The notes beneath the pieces were generated by a model. It was not told the origin of the DNA and searched no databases. It saw only the letters and a program-made list of their open reading frames with translations. From contig JADGIF010000159.1 of NCBI GenBank assembly GCA_018985225.1, positions 1 through 16,629 on the forward strand: a DNA stretch of 16,629 nucleotides, read 5' to 3'. The stretch is from Amoeboradix gromovi X-113. Its lineage: Eukaryota > Fungi > Sanchytriomycota. This document shows, piece by piece, positions 7,924-16,629 of the stretch (its first letter is position 1; each line of letters begins with the position of its first letter). Made by a program: the position numbers and the translations under genes.

Positions 7924-8530
7924 TCAACGGCTTAGATTCTTAATTTCATGTTGTGCCACCATCAATTCCGTTTTAACATGTTCTAACGCTGTTTGTGCTA
8001 ATTTAAAATACCTTAAAAACCCAATATTACTCTGATTCATATAATTGATTTGAACATTTTTGAACACTTCGAGTAGCACTTTCAATTTTTTTGAACTTGA
8101 TTTCATACGAATATCTTCTGACTGTTTTCCCTTGTTCAATTTTATATTCACTTTCTGACTTTTGCAATATTTCTCTTTTATAAATGTATGGTACTGGTAC
8201 AAAACAAATTGATTCTTTGTATGTCCGCTCATTTAACGACTTTGTTCTACCAAATTTAAAGGTTCTATCACTCTTTCCAACATTATCTAATTGATATACA
8301 GCAGCAGACTTACCTTCTTCAAAACTAGATGTGTATTTTTTACCCTTTTCAGGAATTTTATCAACACCCAAATTTAATAAAGTTTGAAGTGGAAATTCTT
8401 ATAGATATACACCAAGGCTTTCATTGATGCCAGATATTTTGTCAATACTCTTATCTTTCCCATTTTCAAATTCATTATTTAAACAATCATAAGGTACTTC
8501 TTCTGTTGGTATTTCATTCTTATTTCCTAT
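7924..8530 (-). pseudogene. Frameshifted gene relic, possibly with a T5orf172/GIY-YIG-like domain
   Basis: Two overlapping ORFs (8027..8371 and 7924..8232) join as VYQLDNVGKSDRTFKFGRTKSLNER/SGHTKN, resembling the Y...KxGxTxxLxxRxxxH pattern. A coiled-coil tail follows. Confidence 0.35.
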
Positions 8531-8658
8531 ATTATCAACACTTGGGATTATTACTCTCTACCTCACTAACAATTTTACCAATAGGGGAATCAGTCATGTT
8601 ACCAAAATTACAAAATAATAGTTGACGCCAACTCTTCATTAATATTCCAATGAAAATA

Positions 8659-8861
8659 AGTTTTATATTCGAACAAACAAAAACATTTGATTTGACTGGT
8701 TAAAATAGTTGGTCTAGTTTCTGTGTTTGAATTGACAAAAATACTTGGATTGATTGGTCAAGTATAGTTAGCCTAGTTTTTATGTTCGAAATACAATAAA
8801 AACTTCAGACCGATTTATCTCGAAATGGCTTTTTAAAAGTTACTCTAGTTTTTATATTTGG
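8659..8861. repeat. Imperfect ~58-bp tandem repeat (about 2.5 units plus one extra core motif)
   Basis: TTGACTGGTTAAAATAGTTGGTCTAGTTTCTGTGTTTGAA (8692) vs TTGATTGGTCAAGTATAGTTAGCCTAGTTTTTATGTTCGAA (8750). The core AGTTT(T)TAT(A/G)TT(C/T)G also occurs at 8659 and 8847. Confidence 0.7.
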
Positions 8862-9679
8862 TGTCCACTTGTATGGCAGAGTTGAAAGCGATGTAAGATG
8901 AGCCAGATTGGACAAACATCTTTGATGAACAGTCAAAGGAGCATAATTTGAATCGCAGATATAACGTAGAGCTTTATGGCCATGCATTTCATAAAGACTG
9001 CGCCAAGGCATCCCGAAAACAGAAGAATGGATATGTATTGGAATTTGAATGCCAAATCAGTAGAATGCCCTCTCTGGAAGATAAGATTGAAGTGGTTAAT
9101 CTCATTAAACGCATCCAATATAGTCCTCATTGATAGCGATTAATTTGTACCTCTCTTGTCATTATCATTCATTAGACTCACCAGGGAGACATGTTTTGAT
9201 GACTCCCGGAGTATACCAATGACAATAATGCATTTAGCTGTATTGGCTTTTACAGTTGTGCCACTCTTGAGTAGATATTACCAACCTGGATTTGAGCCTT
9301 TTTGACGATGAAACCTTCTAGATGTAGTTATAAATAGTGCATTTGTGGTTACCCCTTTCTTTTCACAGGATACTTAACGTAAGAATCAGCCATAAGTGCT
9401 GTGATATCTAGCAAATGAGACACAGATGTGCCGCACCTTGAGAAACGATGGGAGCACAGTTTCTATGCCATTTTTAATTCACGCAGAAACTGAAATCAGC
9501 AAGGTCGATGTTGCAAGTTATAAGAGAAACGGATTATAACTGAATCCATCTTTCAACAGGATGAAATTATCAAGAATGATGCTTCGACCATGTAGTTACT
9601 ATACAAGAGAATGAGGAGTCAAGGCAACAGAGTATTACGAGTAAATAAGAATGACTTTTATTCTCTTTCAGGCCTAGCG

Positions 9680-10597
9680 TTACACTGGTCTGGGTTCAAA
9701 TCTTGGCCTATTCTTTCGTTGTGGAGCGTCCGTAGCAACTGGTGTCTGTGGTATGATTCTATGACCTACTTGAGAAAAGCGGTATCTGGCGTTTCTAAAA
9801 AAGTTACCAGCTCTTCCAGGCAGTGAAGCCAAATAAGCCCTAGTACGGGATCTCTTTGTGCCCTCAGTCGAGACACCTTCTGGTACTGGACTCCAGTCTG
9901 AAATGCTTTTTCTAATCTCAGGTGAGACATTTTCCTTAACAAAATTCGAGAGGTGACTGTTCTTCTCAAACATACTAAAGACCTCGAGTGCTTTTTCCTT
10001 GCTTCCAATAGTTTTCACATATTCTTTAAAATCTTCTAAAATAGCTGCTTCATTAGCACGCAGCTCGGTGTTCATTATTTCAGATGGCTTTTCCAGCAAT
10101 TTGGATACTTTACGTAATTCAGAAACTGTTATTTGGCTACTTTTAACTGGACCAGGAAAAACTTGAGAAAATTTAAAAAATTCAGTATTGATTCTTTCTC
10201 GTTCATTTCTAAGTGCCTCTTCTGTGATTTCAAATGGTTTAACATCTTTCAACTCTTTGTAATAATTCAAACGTCTACGATTTTCTTTCAACTCCGCAGA
10301 ATATTGATTCAGGTTACTCTCTAATTCTTTGAATTTTTCCCTAGCTTTCTTCTTGTCATGGCTATTAGCAATAAGATACTCTTTATATGCTATTACTTGT
10401 TTAGATTCTTCAATAAGTAGTTCAGCTTCTCTAATTCGATATTCATATTTTTGTATCTCTTGAGGTGCTTTATTAATTTCTGCGTTCATTGTTTGTGCAC
10501 TCAATTGCAAAAAGCTCATTTCTGAGCTAACTCCAGCATGGGCATTCCCTGAAAGACTTGCAAATGTAAATGTTGCGAGTATTAATAAGATCTTCAT
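9680..10597 (-). CDS. Hypothetical secreted coiled-coil protein
   Basis: Intact 305-aa ORF with a signal-peptide-like start MKILLILATFTFA, an E/K-rich helical middle and an R/P-rich basic tail. Confidence 0.75.
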   Translation of the reverse strand: MKILLILATFTFASLSGNAHAGVSSEMSFLQLSAQTMNAEINKAPQEIQKYEYRIREAELLIEESKQVIAYKEYLIANSHDKKKAREKFKELESNLNQYSAELKENRRRLNYYKELKDVKPFEITEEALRNERERINTEFFKFSQVFPGPVKSSQITVSELRKVSKLLEKPSEIMNTELRANEAAILEDFKEYVKTIGSKEKALEVFSMFEKNSHLSNFVKENVSPEIRKSISDWSPVPEGVSTEGTKRSRTRAYLASLPGRAGNFFRNARYRFSQVGHRIIPQTPVATDAPQRKNRPRFEPRPV

Positions 10598-11561
10598 CTA
10601 ATGCAGTAACCGCCTTCTGATTTATAGCTGATTGTTCCTATCCCAGATCTGCCACCAATCAGGTTGTCCATATCACAAGTAACAGATCTAAAAAAGGGCC
10701 TTGCATTTCTAGGAGCCTATCCTAGCACATGATAATTTGAAGAGCGAACAGAAATTTGACAAGTGCTTTTAGCGCTGAAATGCTTTCATCATATGCCATT
10801 GAGCATGACATTTATCTTTGTCATCGGAGTTGTTGACTTTATTATTATATAATTAATCCATGAAGAAGTTCGAGGGTAACCTGATAGCTGTACTGACCTA
10901 AAAGTAAACATAATAATGCACTAGGTGCGATTTTAGGGTTCGTTACAATCGAATTGGAAATTAGTTAACGGAGCACTAGTTGTGTTGAAAATCTTGAATC
11001 ATTCCTGTTTGCGGCAAGACTTTTTACAGCGGGTTAGACTTTCAAGTCTTTCCTTGTGGCCATGAATTTCATCCAAACTGTGCTAAGCCATACTGGGTAT
11101 GGAATGAATGATATAGGAATGTAATGGATTATATATGCCCAATTTTTTTAAAGCCCTCTCTGGGAAAACAAGAGGCAAATCTTGAGTTATTTGTTGCATT
11201 CAAGAAGTTCCTCATAGAGAGCGACTAATTTGTGGCCAATAAATGTTCTGATTGTGATCTGCTGCTTTGCATGGTAAAAAAGTCTCTCAAATAACCGCAC
11301 CTCCAACTATGGGCCTTAAAAATAAGAATAAGCCCACCCCTTAACATATCTTGCTAGACCAATTGAATGACTTTGAGCAATCACCTGCGCGCCCAATTCA
11401 AAGGTCTGGCCATGAACTAAATCCTGAAGTCCTTGAAAATCCAACGAGAAATCATCAAAGACAATGCTCAAGGGAGATAGTGATATTAGAGCTATCTTCT
11501 GATATGTACATTATTAGATATGAGTTTTTGCTAAAATAGTTGGCAAGTTGTTATTAGGTGG

Positions 11562-13289
11562 CTAAACTGGTAAGTGATCAAGATTTCGTAATAGCTCTAC
11601 CTTGTCGGTAATTATCTGCTGCTCTTGCACTTGTTCAAAAAGGGCTAAATTCTCCTTTAATAAACTTGACATTGTTTTTGATGCCTCTTTTCTTGTTTAT
11701 CGATTCGTTGCTGTGCCAAATGAATTTGTTTTTGCAGCGGATCTCTTTGATTTACCATTGCTTGTTGCTCCTTTTCATTTAATATCGTCAAACTTAAATC
11801 ATCCAATTTTCAAACTCTTCCTTTAACTCATGCATCAACTTCACGTCTTTTTTATTTGTTAACTTTGAAATTTGTTTAAACTTGTATAGCATTCTTTTTT
11901 CAAATAATTGCAATCTTCTGTGCTTTCTATTTCACATTCTATATTTTTCTTCTAGCTCAATCTTGCATTCTATTTCTTGCAATTTTAAGTTTAAAGATGA
12001 GCAAGCTTGAACCTGATTTACATCTTGTAGCTTTACTTCGGATATTAAAGTGTTTAACTCTTCAATTTCTAATTTTTTAAGGTCTACTTGATCTTGCGGT
12101 TCTTTCAATTTTTAATGCATGACAAAACGAGCTCATTAATTTTGTCATCTTTGTTGTTTATTTGGGATCAATTCCGTTCAATTGATTTTGTTTCTTCTAG
12201 AGCATTAATTCCAGAGATTTTAACTCATTAATGTTTTCTATTTCTTCTTTTTCGAATTTGATGATATTCTGATTTTGAAGCTGTATCTCTTCTCCAATTA
12301 TCGCAAACGCTAAATATTTGAGTATGCTCCGCTTGAATTTTGTTTCTACTCCTGCAAGGCCTTGCTTTTATCGTCGTAATCAATTCTCGTTTCCCAACAA
12401 TTCCTATCCCAATTCCACTTGTTGTAATCATTTTGAAATTTTAACTTCATTTCGAATTGACTCAATAACCTCTTGTCCTCATCGTACTTTTCTTTTAATT
12501 CTACTTCTTATTTATTCTACTCCGCTATCCTTAACTTATTAACTTCTCTTAATTCCTTATCTTGATGTAACAAATCCAATTCAAATTAATCTTTTAAACC
12601 CTGAAGCTTATCACGTAGAAACTGTTGCTTGTCGTATTCAAAAAATAACAATTGTTGATAATGGCATTTAATTCCCAACTTTTCTTTGTTGAGTTCTTCT
12701 ATTTGTATTTGTTTTTTTATTTTCATTTCCTCTTCTATATATCCTTTGATTTCCATATCATGCTCAGAATTTGTTATTTCTGTCGCTTTTCCAACTTTTT
12801 AGCCGCGTCCATTAAATTTTTATCAGTTAGCAATTTTTTACTTGTAACTGGTATTGTACTTCCATCTTTTTCTCCTCGTCCTAATCTTCAATCATTGGCT
12901 ATCCATCTGTTCTTTCGTAACTACTATTTCATCTGTAAAATGTGGTTCCACATATTCTATATGCGTTAACCTCCAAGTTATTACGTATTTATCATCACCT
13001 ATTTTCACAAGTTTTCCATCACTGTAAACAATCTCGCATCTGTTAATTGCTGAAATATGCCCACCAAAAATTAACAGCGGAGCTGGAGATAGTGTAGATG
13101 GATACCTATAGATATACGACTTCCCGTCATTTCCCCTACTGCTATACATGATGCAATTTATATATAATTTATGTATATAAAAGCTGCACTGAGGTTCATT
13201 TGATCAATCGCAGAATTACTACGTACTTTCAATGTTCTATCATTTTGCAACACTATGCAAGTTGACTGGTTTATCCATCCCGTTTCTAT
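11562..13289 (-). pseudogene. CFAP57: CFAP57/WDR65 (ciliary WD40 + coiled-coil protein) pseudogene, 3' half
   Basis: Collinear remnants across many stops and frameshifts: NDRTLK; IYRYP...HISAINR...GDDKYVITW; FTDEIVVTKEQM; EKKMEVQYQL; FEYDKQQ; LKEPQDQVDLKKLEI; NQRDPLQKQI...LLKENLALL. These parallel CFAP57 motifs as I recall them (FAEEVLVTK, LKMENEYQL, RQREHLE, IMQENVSLI). Confidence 0.75.
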
Positions 13290-13392
13290 CGCCTACGTTA
13301 AATGTGAAGAATTCGAAAATCATGAAGATTTCAAACCCCACACTTGTCAAGTGTAGACAACTTGGGGAGATACCATTTGAGCATGTTCTTGC
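13290..13392 (-). ncRNA. Second copy of the putative family A omegaRNA scaffold
   Basis: Identical to 5902-6004 apart from one loop substitution, followed by a different flank. Confidence 0.6.
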
Positions 13393-13711
13393 CTACATTA
13401 TTTTGAAGTACCTGGATTGATATCTCTATGGTCTTGGTGACCGCATTGCTGACAATGAAACCATCTATCATTGACATTCGCTCGACTTTGATGATCGCAT
13501 TTGAAGCAAGTTATGGTAGAATAGGCCTCATTAACAATCAATAAACTTTGACCATACAATTTACATTTATGCGCTAGCCTTTGCTTGAATTTGTAATGAC
13601 GCAACGATTGAATCCTTTCATAACGCTTGCAGCTACTACAAGTGTTGGACACATCATATTGTTTTTGAATGGTCGCAACTCTAATGAACTTTGAGTTCTT
13701 TTCATTTCGCA
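13290..13711 (-). mobile_element. Internally deleted, non-autonomous family A Fanzor2 derivative
   Basis: 13290-13612 matches 5902-6224 with 6 mismatches in 323 bp, including the intron at 13393-13411. 13642-13711 encodes RNEKNSKFIRVATIQKQYDVSNT, homologous to the TnpA start RNGKNSKFIGLATVKKEFDVSDT. Confidence 0.9.
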
Positions 13712-13852
13712 ATTGCTCCAAGTCGTAGATCTGCAAAGTGTTGAATGGTGACAAAATACCAGTACCAATAAAAAGAAGTCCTATGATATTCAGAGTTGTT
13801 TATTTTTTGTCTTGTTCCCTTTCACGCCAACGATATTTGTAGTTGGGGCCAT
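13712..13852 (-). pseudogene. Possible 5' remnant of the CFAP57 pseudogene
   Basis: MAPTTNIVGVKGNKTKN...(frameshift)...NTLQIYDLEQ weakly resembles the CFAP57 N-terminus (xFGLKxxVxNN...IYxxEQ). Same strand as the 3' half. Confidence 0.3.
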
Positions 13853-13872
13853 TTTCGCAAACTCTGTACCAG

Positions 13873-15226
13873 ATGAGCTCTCCAACAGCACTTCAACCAG
13901 ACCTTTCTACTCCTCAAGAACAGGAGTTATATAGCGAACTTATCCAAATATATAATCAATTGAAACACGATTATTCAAATATAGATTTTTTGTTGACTCA
14001 GTTCTATAGTATTTATAATCGGTTTTTAAGCCTACCCCAGGATGACCTATCAAAGAGCAGACAGTTGTTGCAAAGCACAAGTCTTGATAAGCTTTTCGAT
14101 ACCTGTCAATCAGTTATTTTAGATATTTTATCCATACAAAATAAAATCGATAAAGGTTTATTACCGCTTTATAACAACTTGTTGGCGATTGAGCAAAAAT
14201 TAGAATACTTTGTTTGCTCTTCTAGTTTCTTATTAGAGGAAATTGAACAAATTCAGTCCCGATTAAAGATGATTGAAGATTCTTACGTTGTTAATGGAAT
14301 TTTCCAAATTTACCCTAATGAATCATCAGAAACCTCGGACATAGTAAAAGGACAAGCACTGTTAACCGGTAAACTGAACCGCTGCTACCAGCTAGCGCAC
14401 CGAGCCCTTTTAATAAACGAAAATATAAATCTAAATTTAATTCCAGTTTACGAGGAACTAGTTGAGATCCACAAGACACTAAAGCAAGAAAACACTCCTT
14501 TGCTCATTAAACTTAAAAACAGGCTCAATTCTATAGACAACAAACGAATAAATGGTATTTTTATGTTTGAAAATGAGATCTATCCAGGTCAAGCAATTTT
14601 AACTAATCTGTTGGAAGAGTGCTATGAGCTCGTATATGAAAAAGAATCTGTAAATATTCAAGACTTGGATGAAAGCCATAAAATAGCGCCGCCTTTGCTT
14701 CCATTGTATAATGAATTGGTGCAATTGCTAGCGATTTTAAAAAATTTGTTTAAAAACGAAAGATGGCTAATAAGACCAAGCGATCTGATTCCATATCAAA
14801 GTCAACTGGGAAATATAGAATCGAAAGCAGTCAATAACATATTTTATGGAACCGCTGTCAATTCTTCTGTTTCTTCTATTCCGCAAGGCCAAGCTACAAT
14901 TCACCACTTGCTACATAAATGCCATAATATAATTTACAAGCTTATCACAGATTTGGACCCTATTATGGATCCTGAATTGCAGAATGCGCATTCCCAATTG
15001 TTGGCAGTGCGGAAATGTTTACTGGAAATGAAGAAATTTACTGATTACACGTAATACATAATACTAATTTAGAAGGCAAGACTTAAACCCTATTCTATTG
15101 AAGCTGCAAATGTTTGAAAAGTATAAAATAGTAGCTAAAGATGTTGAATCGATGCAAGGCAACCTGATTATCAATCATTTGTTAAAACAATGCTACGAAT
15201 TAGTCAAGGAATTGAAATTCAAATAA
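13873..15226 (+). CDS. CUB1: Cub1/YPL260W-like DUF2408 repeat protein; join(13873..15050,15073..15226)
   Basis: Repeats of LxPxYxxL...GQAxLxxLLxxCYxL, plus RWLIRPSDLIPYQ and HSQLLAVRKCLLEMKK. Removing a 22-nt intron adds a fourth repeat (GNLIINHLLKQCYELV) ending at TAA 15224-15226. Confidence 0.8.
15051..15072 (+). other. 22-nt spliceosomal intron
   Basis: GTAATACATAATACTAATTTAG with a CTAAT branch-like motif. Removal restores the frame. Confidence 0.9.
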
Positions 15227-15236
15227 ATTTATTAAC

Positions 15237-16550
15237 TTACACATCAAACACATTTTGGGACAACCTTCTCAAGTATTCCAAGCCATAATGTCCTGTAGGA
15301 AATGGTTTTTCATTCCAAAACTTGAAAATTGTGTCAACAATATCCTTATCATTCAGATCCATATCTGCATCCACAGGTACGCACCAGTTGTACATATGTT
15401 CTAGGACTTGGCTTTTCAGCTCCTCTGATCCACTTTTAAACACGCTTTCACTTGGAATGGAATCTGCGTAGAATTTATGAAAATGAAGAGTCGCATTTAC
15501 TAGAAATGCGTAATCTCTGTTGTTTGTTATTTTAGGTGCAGCTGGTTTAACAACGTCCTTGGTAAACTCATCAAATTTTGACCCAGGCTGTTCCAATAAT
15601 GAGTCTCTTTTGTCTAATAAAGCTTTAATCTCAATGTTGGTTTCTTCAAACTGTGCCATGTCATCATCGTCTCTTCGCTTCTTCCTATTTTTGATCTTTT
15701 TGTTAAAACAGACTTCAATTTCTTTGTCCAAGTCATTCAGCAGCTGAGTGTACTGATGAAACGAAATGATAAATTTGACTCGTTGAGCTAAAATTTGTTT
15801 CCTAAAGTGGTTAATGAGCTCTTGAAGTTTTAAATGACGTTGGATATGTTTAATTGCCATAGCCAGCTCATCACAAGGCGACTTATCATAAACATGGAAG
15901 CCAAGATGAGCTAACTGTTGAAACAATCGATCTTTTAAATCTTCATTTTCCGACTTGAGAGAAGAATTTATTTGTTTGAACTCTAACGCATCACTAGAAT
16001 TGATTGCCTTGAGAATGGACTCATCCATTAAAATAATCTGAATTATTCGATGTTGAATGGGGTCAATATATTCCGTAAGTGGAGGAGCATACGGAGCAGG
16101 ATCATTGCTAATCTGCCTTAGCATCATATGGTCCTCTTCATTTAAATGACGGAAATAAGGCTCAATAGTAGACCAAAATGTGGTGATGGGAATTTGATTT
16201 GATGGCTTTGGCTTAATAAATTCACCGCCAAGTAGTACTTCTGTATCAGTAGTAGTGTACTTAAGCCAGATACGTTCAGACTTGTAATCTTTAGGATGAG
16301 TTATCGTAGTAGTTTCTAATTTACCAAGCGTTTCTGGATCCTTTTCTAATTCATCCCTTGCAGTTGGGCGATATGACTTAACAGGCAGGTTTGACAAATA
16401 TTCAGATAAAGCATCTCTTGCCTTCTTTAGCGTTGCTTTATTGTGAGATTCTACCACTTCAAGGACTGAAAACTCACGAAAAGTGCGCATGAAACTTGCA
16501 TGGAGATAGCTCGAATAAAAATAGCTAGTCAGAGTTAAGATGGGGGACAT
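15237..16550 (-). CDS. NGG1: SAGA/ADA complex subunit Ada3 (Ngg1)
   Basis: KPSNQIPITTFWSTIEPYFRHLNEED, DELAMAIKHIQRHLK and QYTQLLNDLDKEIE match Ada3 family motifs. Intact 437-aa ORF. Confidence 0.8.
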   Translation of the reverse strand: MSPILTLTSYFYSSYLHASFMRTFREFSVLEVVESHNKATLKKARDALSEYLSNLPVKSYRPTARDELEKDPETLGKLETTTITHPKDYKSERIWLKYTTTDTEVLLGGEFIKPKPSNQIPITTFWSTIEPYFRHLNEEDHMMLRQISNDPAPYAPPLTEYIDPIQHRIIQIILMDESILKAINSSDALEFKQINSSLKSENEDLKDRLFQQLAHLGFHVYDKSPCDELAMAIKHIQRHLKLQELINHFRKQILAQRVKFIISFHQYTQLLNDLDKEIEVCFNKKIKNRKKRRDDDDMAQFEETNIEIKALLDKRDSLLEQPGSKFDEFTKDVVKPAAPKITNNRDYAFLVNATLHFHKFYADSIPSESVFKSGSEELKSQVLEHMYNWCVPVDADMDLNDKDIVDTIFKFWNEKPFPTGHYGLEYLRRLSQNVFDV

Positions 16551-16629
16551 GCTCTGTAAAAACTAGACAAAACAAAATGTATCCAAATTTCAAAAATAAA
16601 CAGTCTGTATAGCTCTTCTTTTGCCCTTT

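Noticed and set aside
8659-8861. Repeat region as a CRISPR-like array
   Set aside because: The units are diverged along their whole length with no constant-repeat/unique-spacer pattern, and the context is eukaryotic.
8805-9600. Short ORFs on both strands, and similar ones at 1507-1801 and 10700-11540
   Set aside because: No recognisable motif or consistent frame. They may be decayed genes but cannot be supported from the sequence alone.
11602-12969. Plus-strand hydrophobic ORFs (11602, 12318, 12652)
   Set aside because: These are antisense shadows of the A-rich coiled-coil CFAP57 pseudogene.

Overview
AT-rich, gene-dense eukaryotic DNA, most likely from an early-diverging fungus or fungal relative. 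Intergenic gaps run from 6 to about 70 bp and GT-AG introns are only 19-22 nt. Intact host genes are a divergent WDR60-like WD40 protein, a stand-alone UBR-box protein, COX16, SFH1 with a GATA finger, a FAR-17a/AIG1-like membrane protein, a secreted coiled-coil protein, CUB1/DUF2408 and NGG1/ADA3. Between them are at least five pieces of IS607-derived Fanzor2 (TnpA + TnpB-like) transposons from two families. Family A has a near-full-length copy (5902-~7820, minus strand) and an internally deleted copy (13290-13711) that share 323 bp of 3' sequence at about 98% identity. Family B has a relic (1037-~1480), an identical inverted right end at 1-54, and a related fragment at 5821-5897 that abuts the family A right end. 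Comparing copies fixes the right ends and hence the putative omegaRNA scaffolds and four different flank-derived guides. The family A nuclease carries a predicted 19-nt spliceosomal micro-intron directly after the RuvC-III aspartate. The deleted copy sits inside a heavily decayed CFAP57/WDR65 ciliary pseudogene. All family assignments come from motif recognition by eye; no database search was run.
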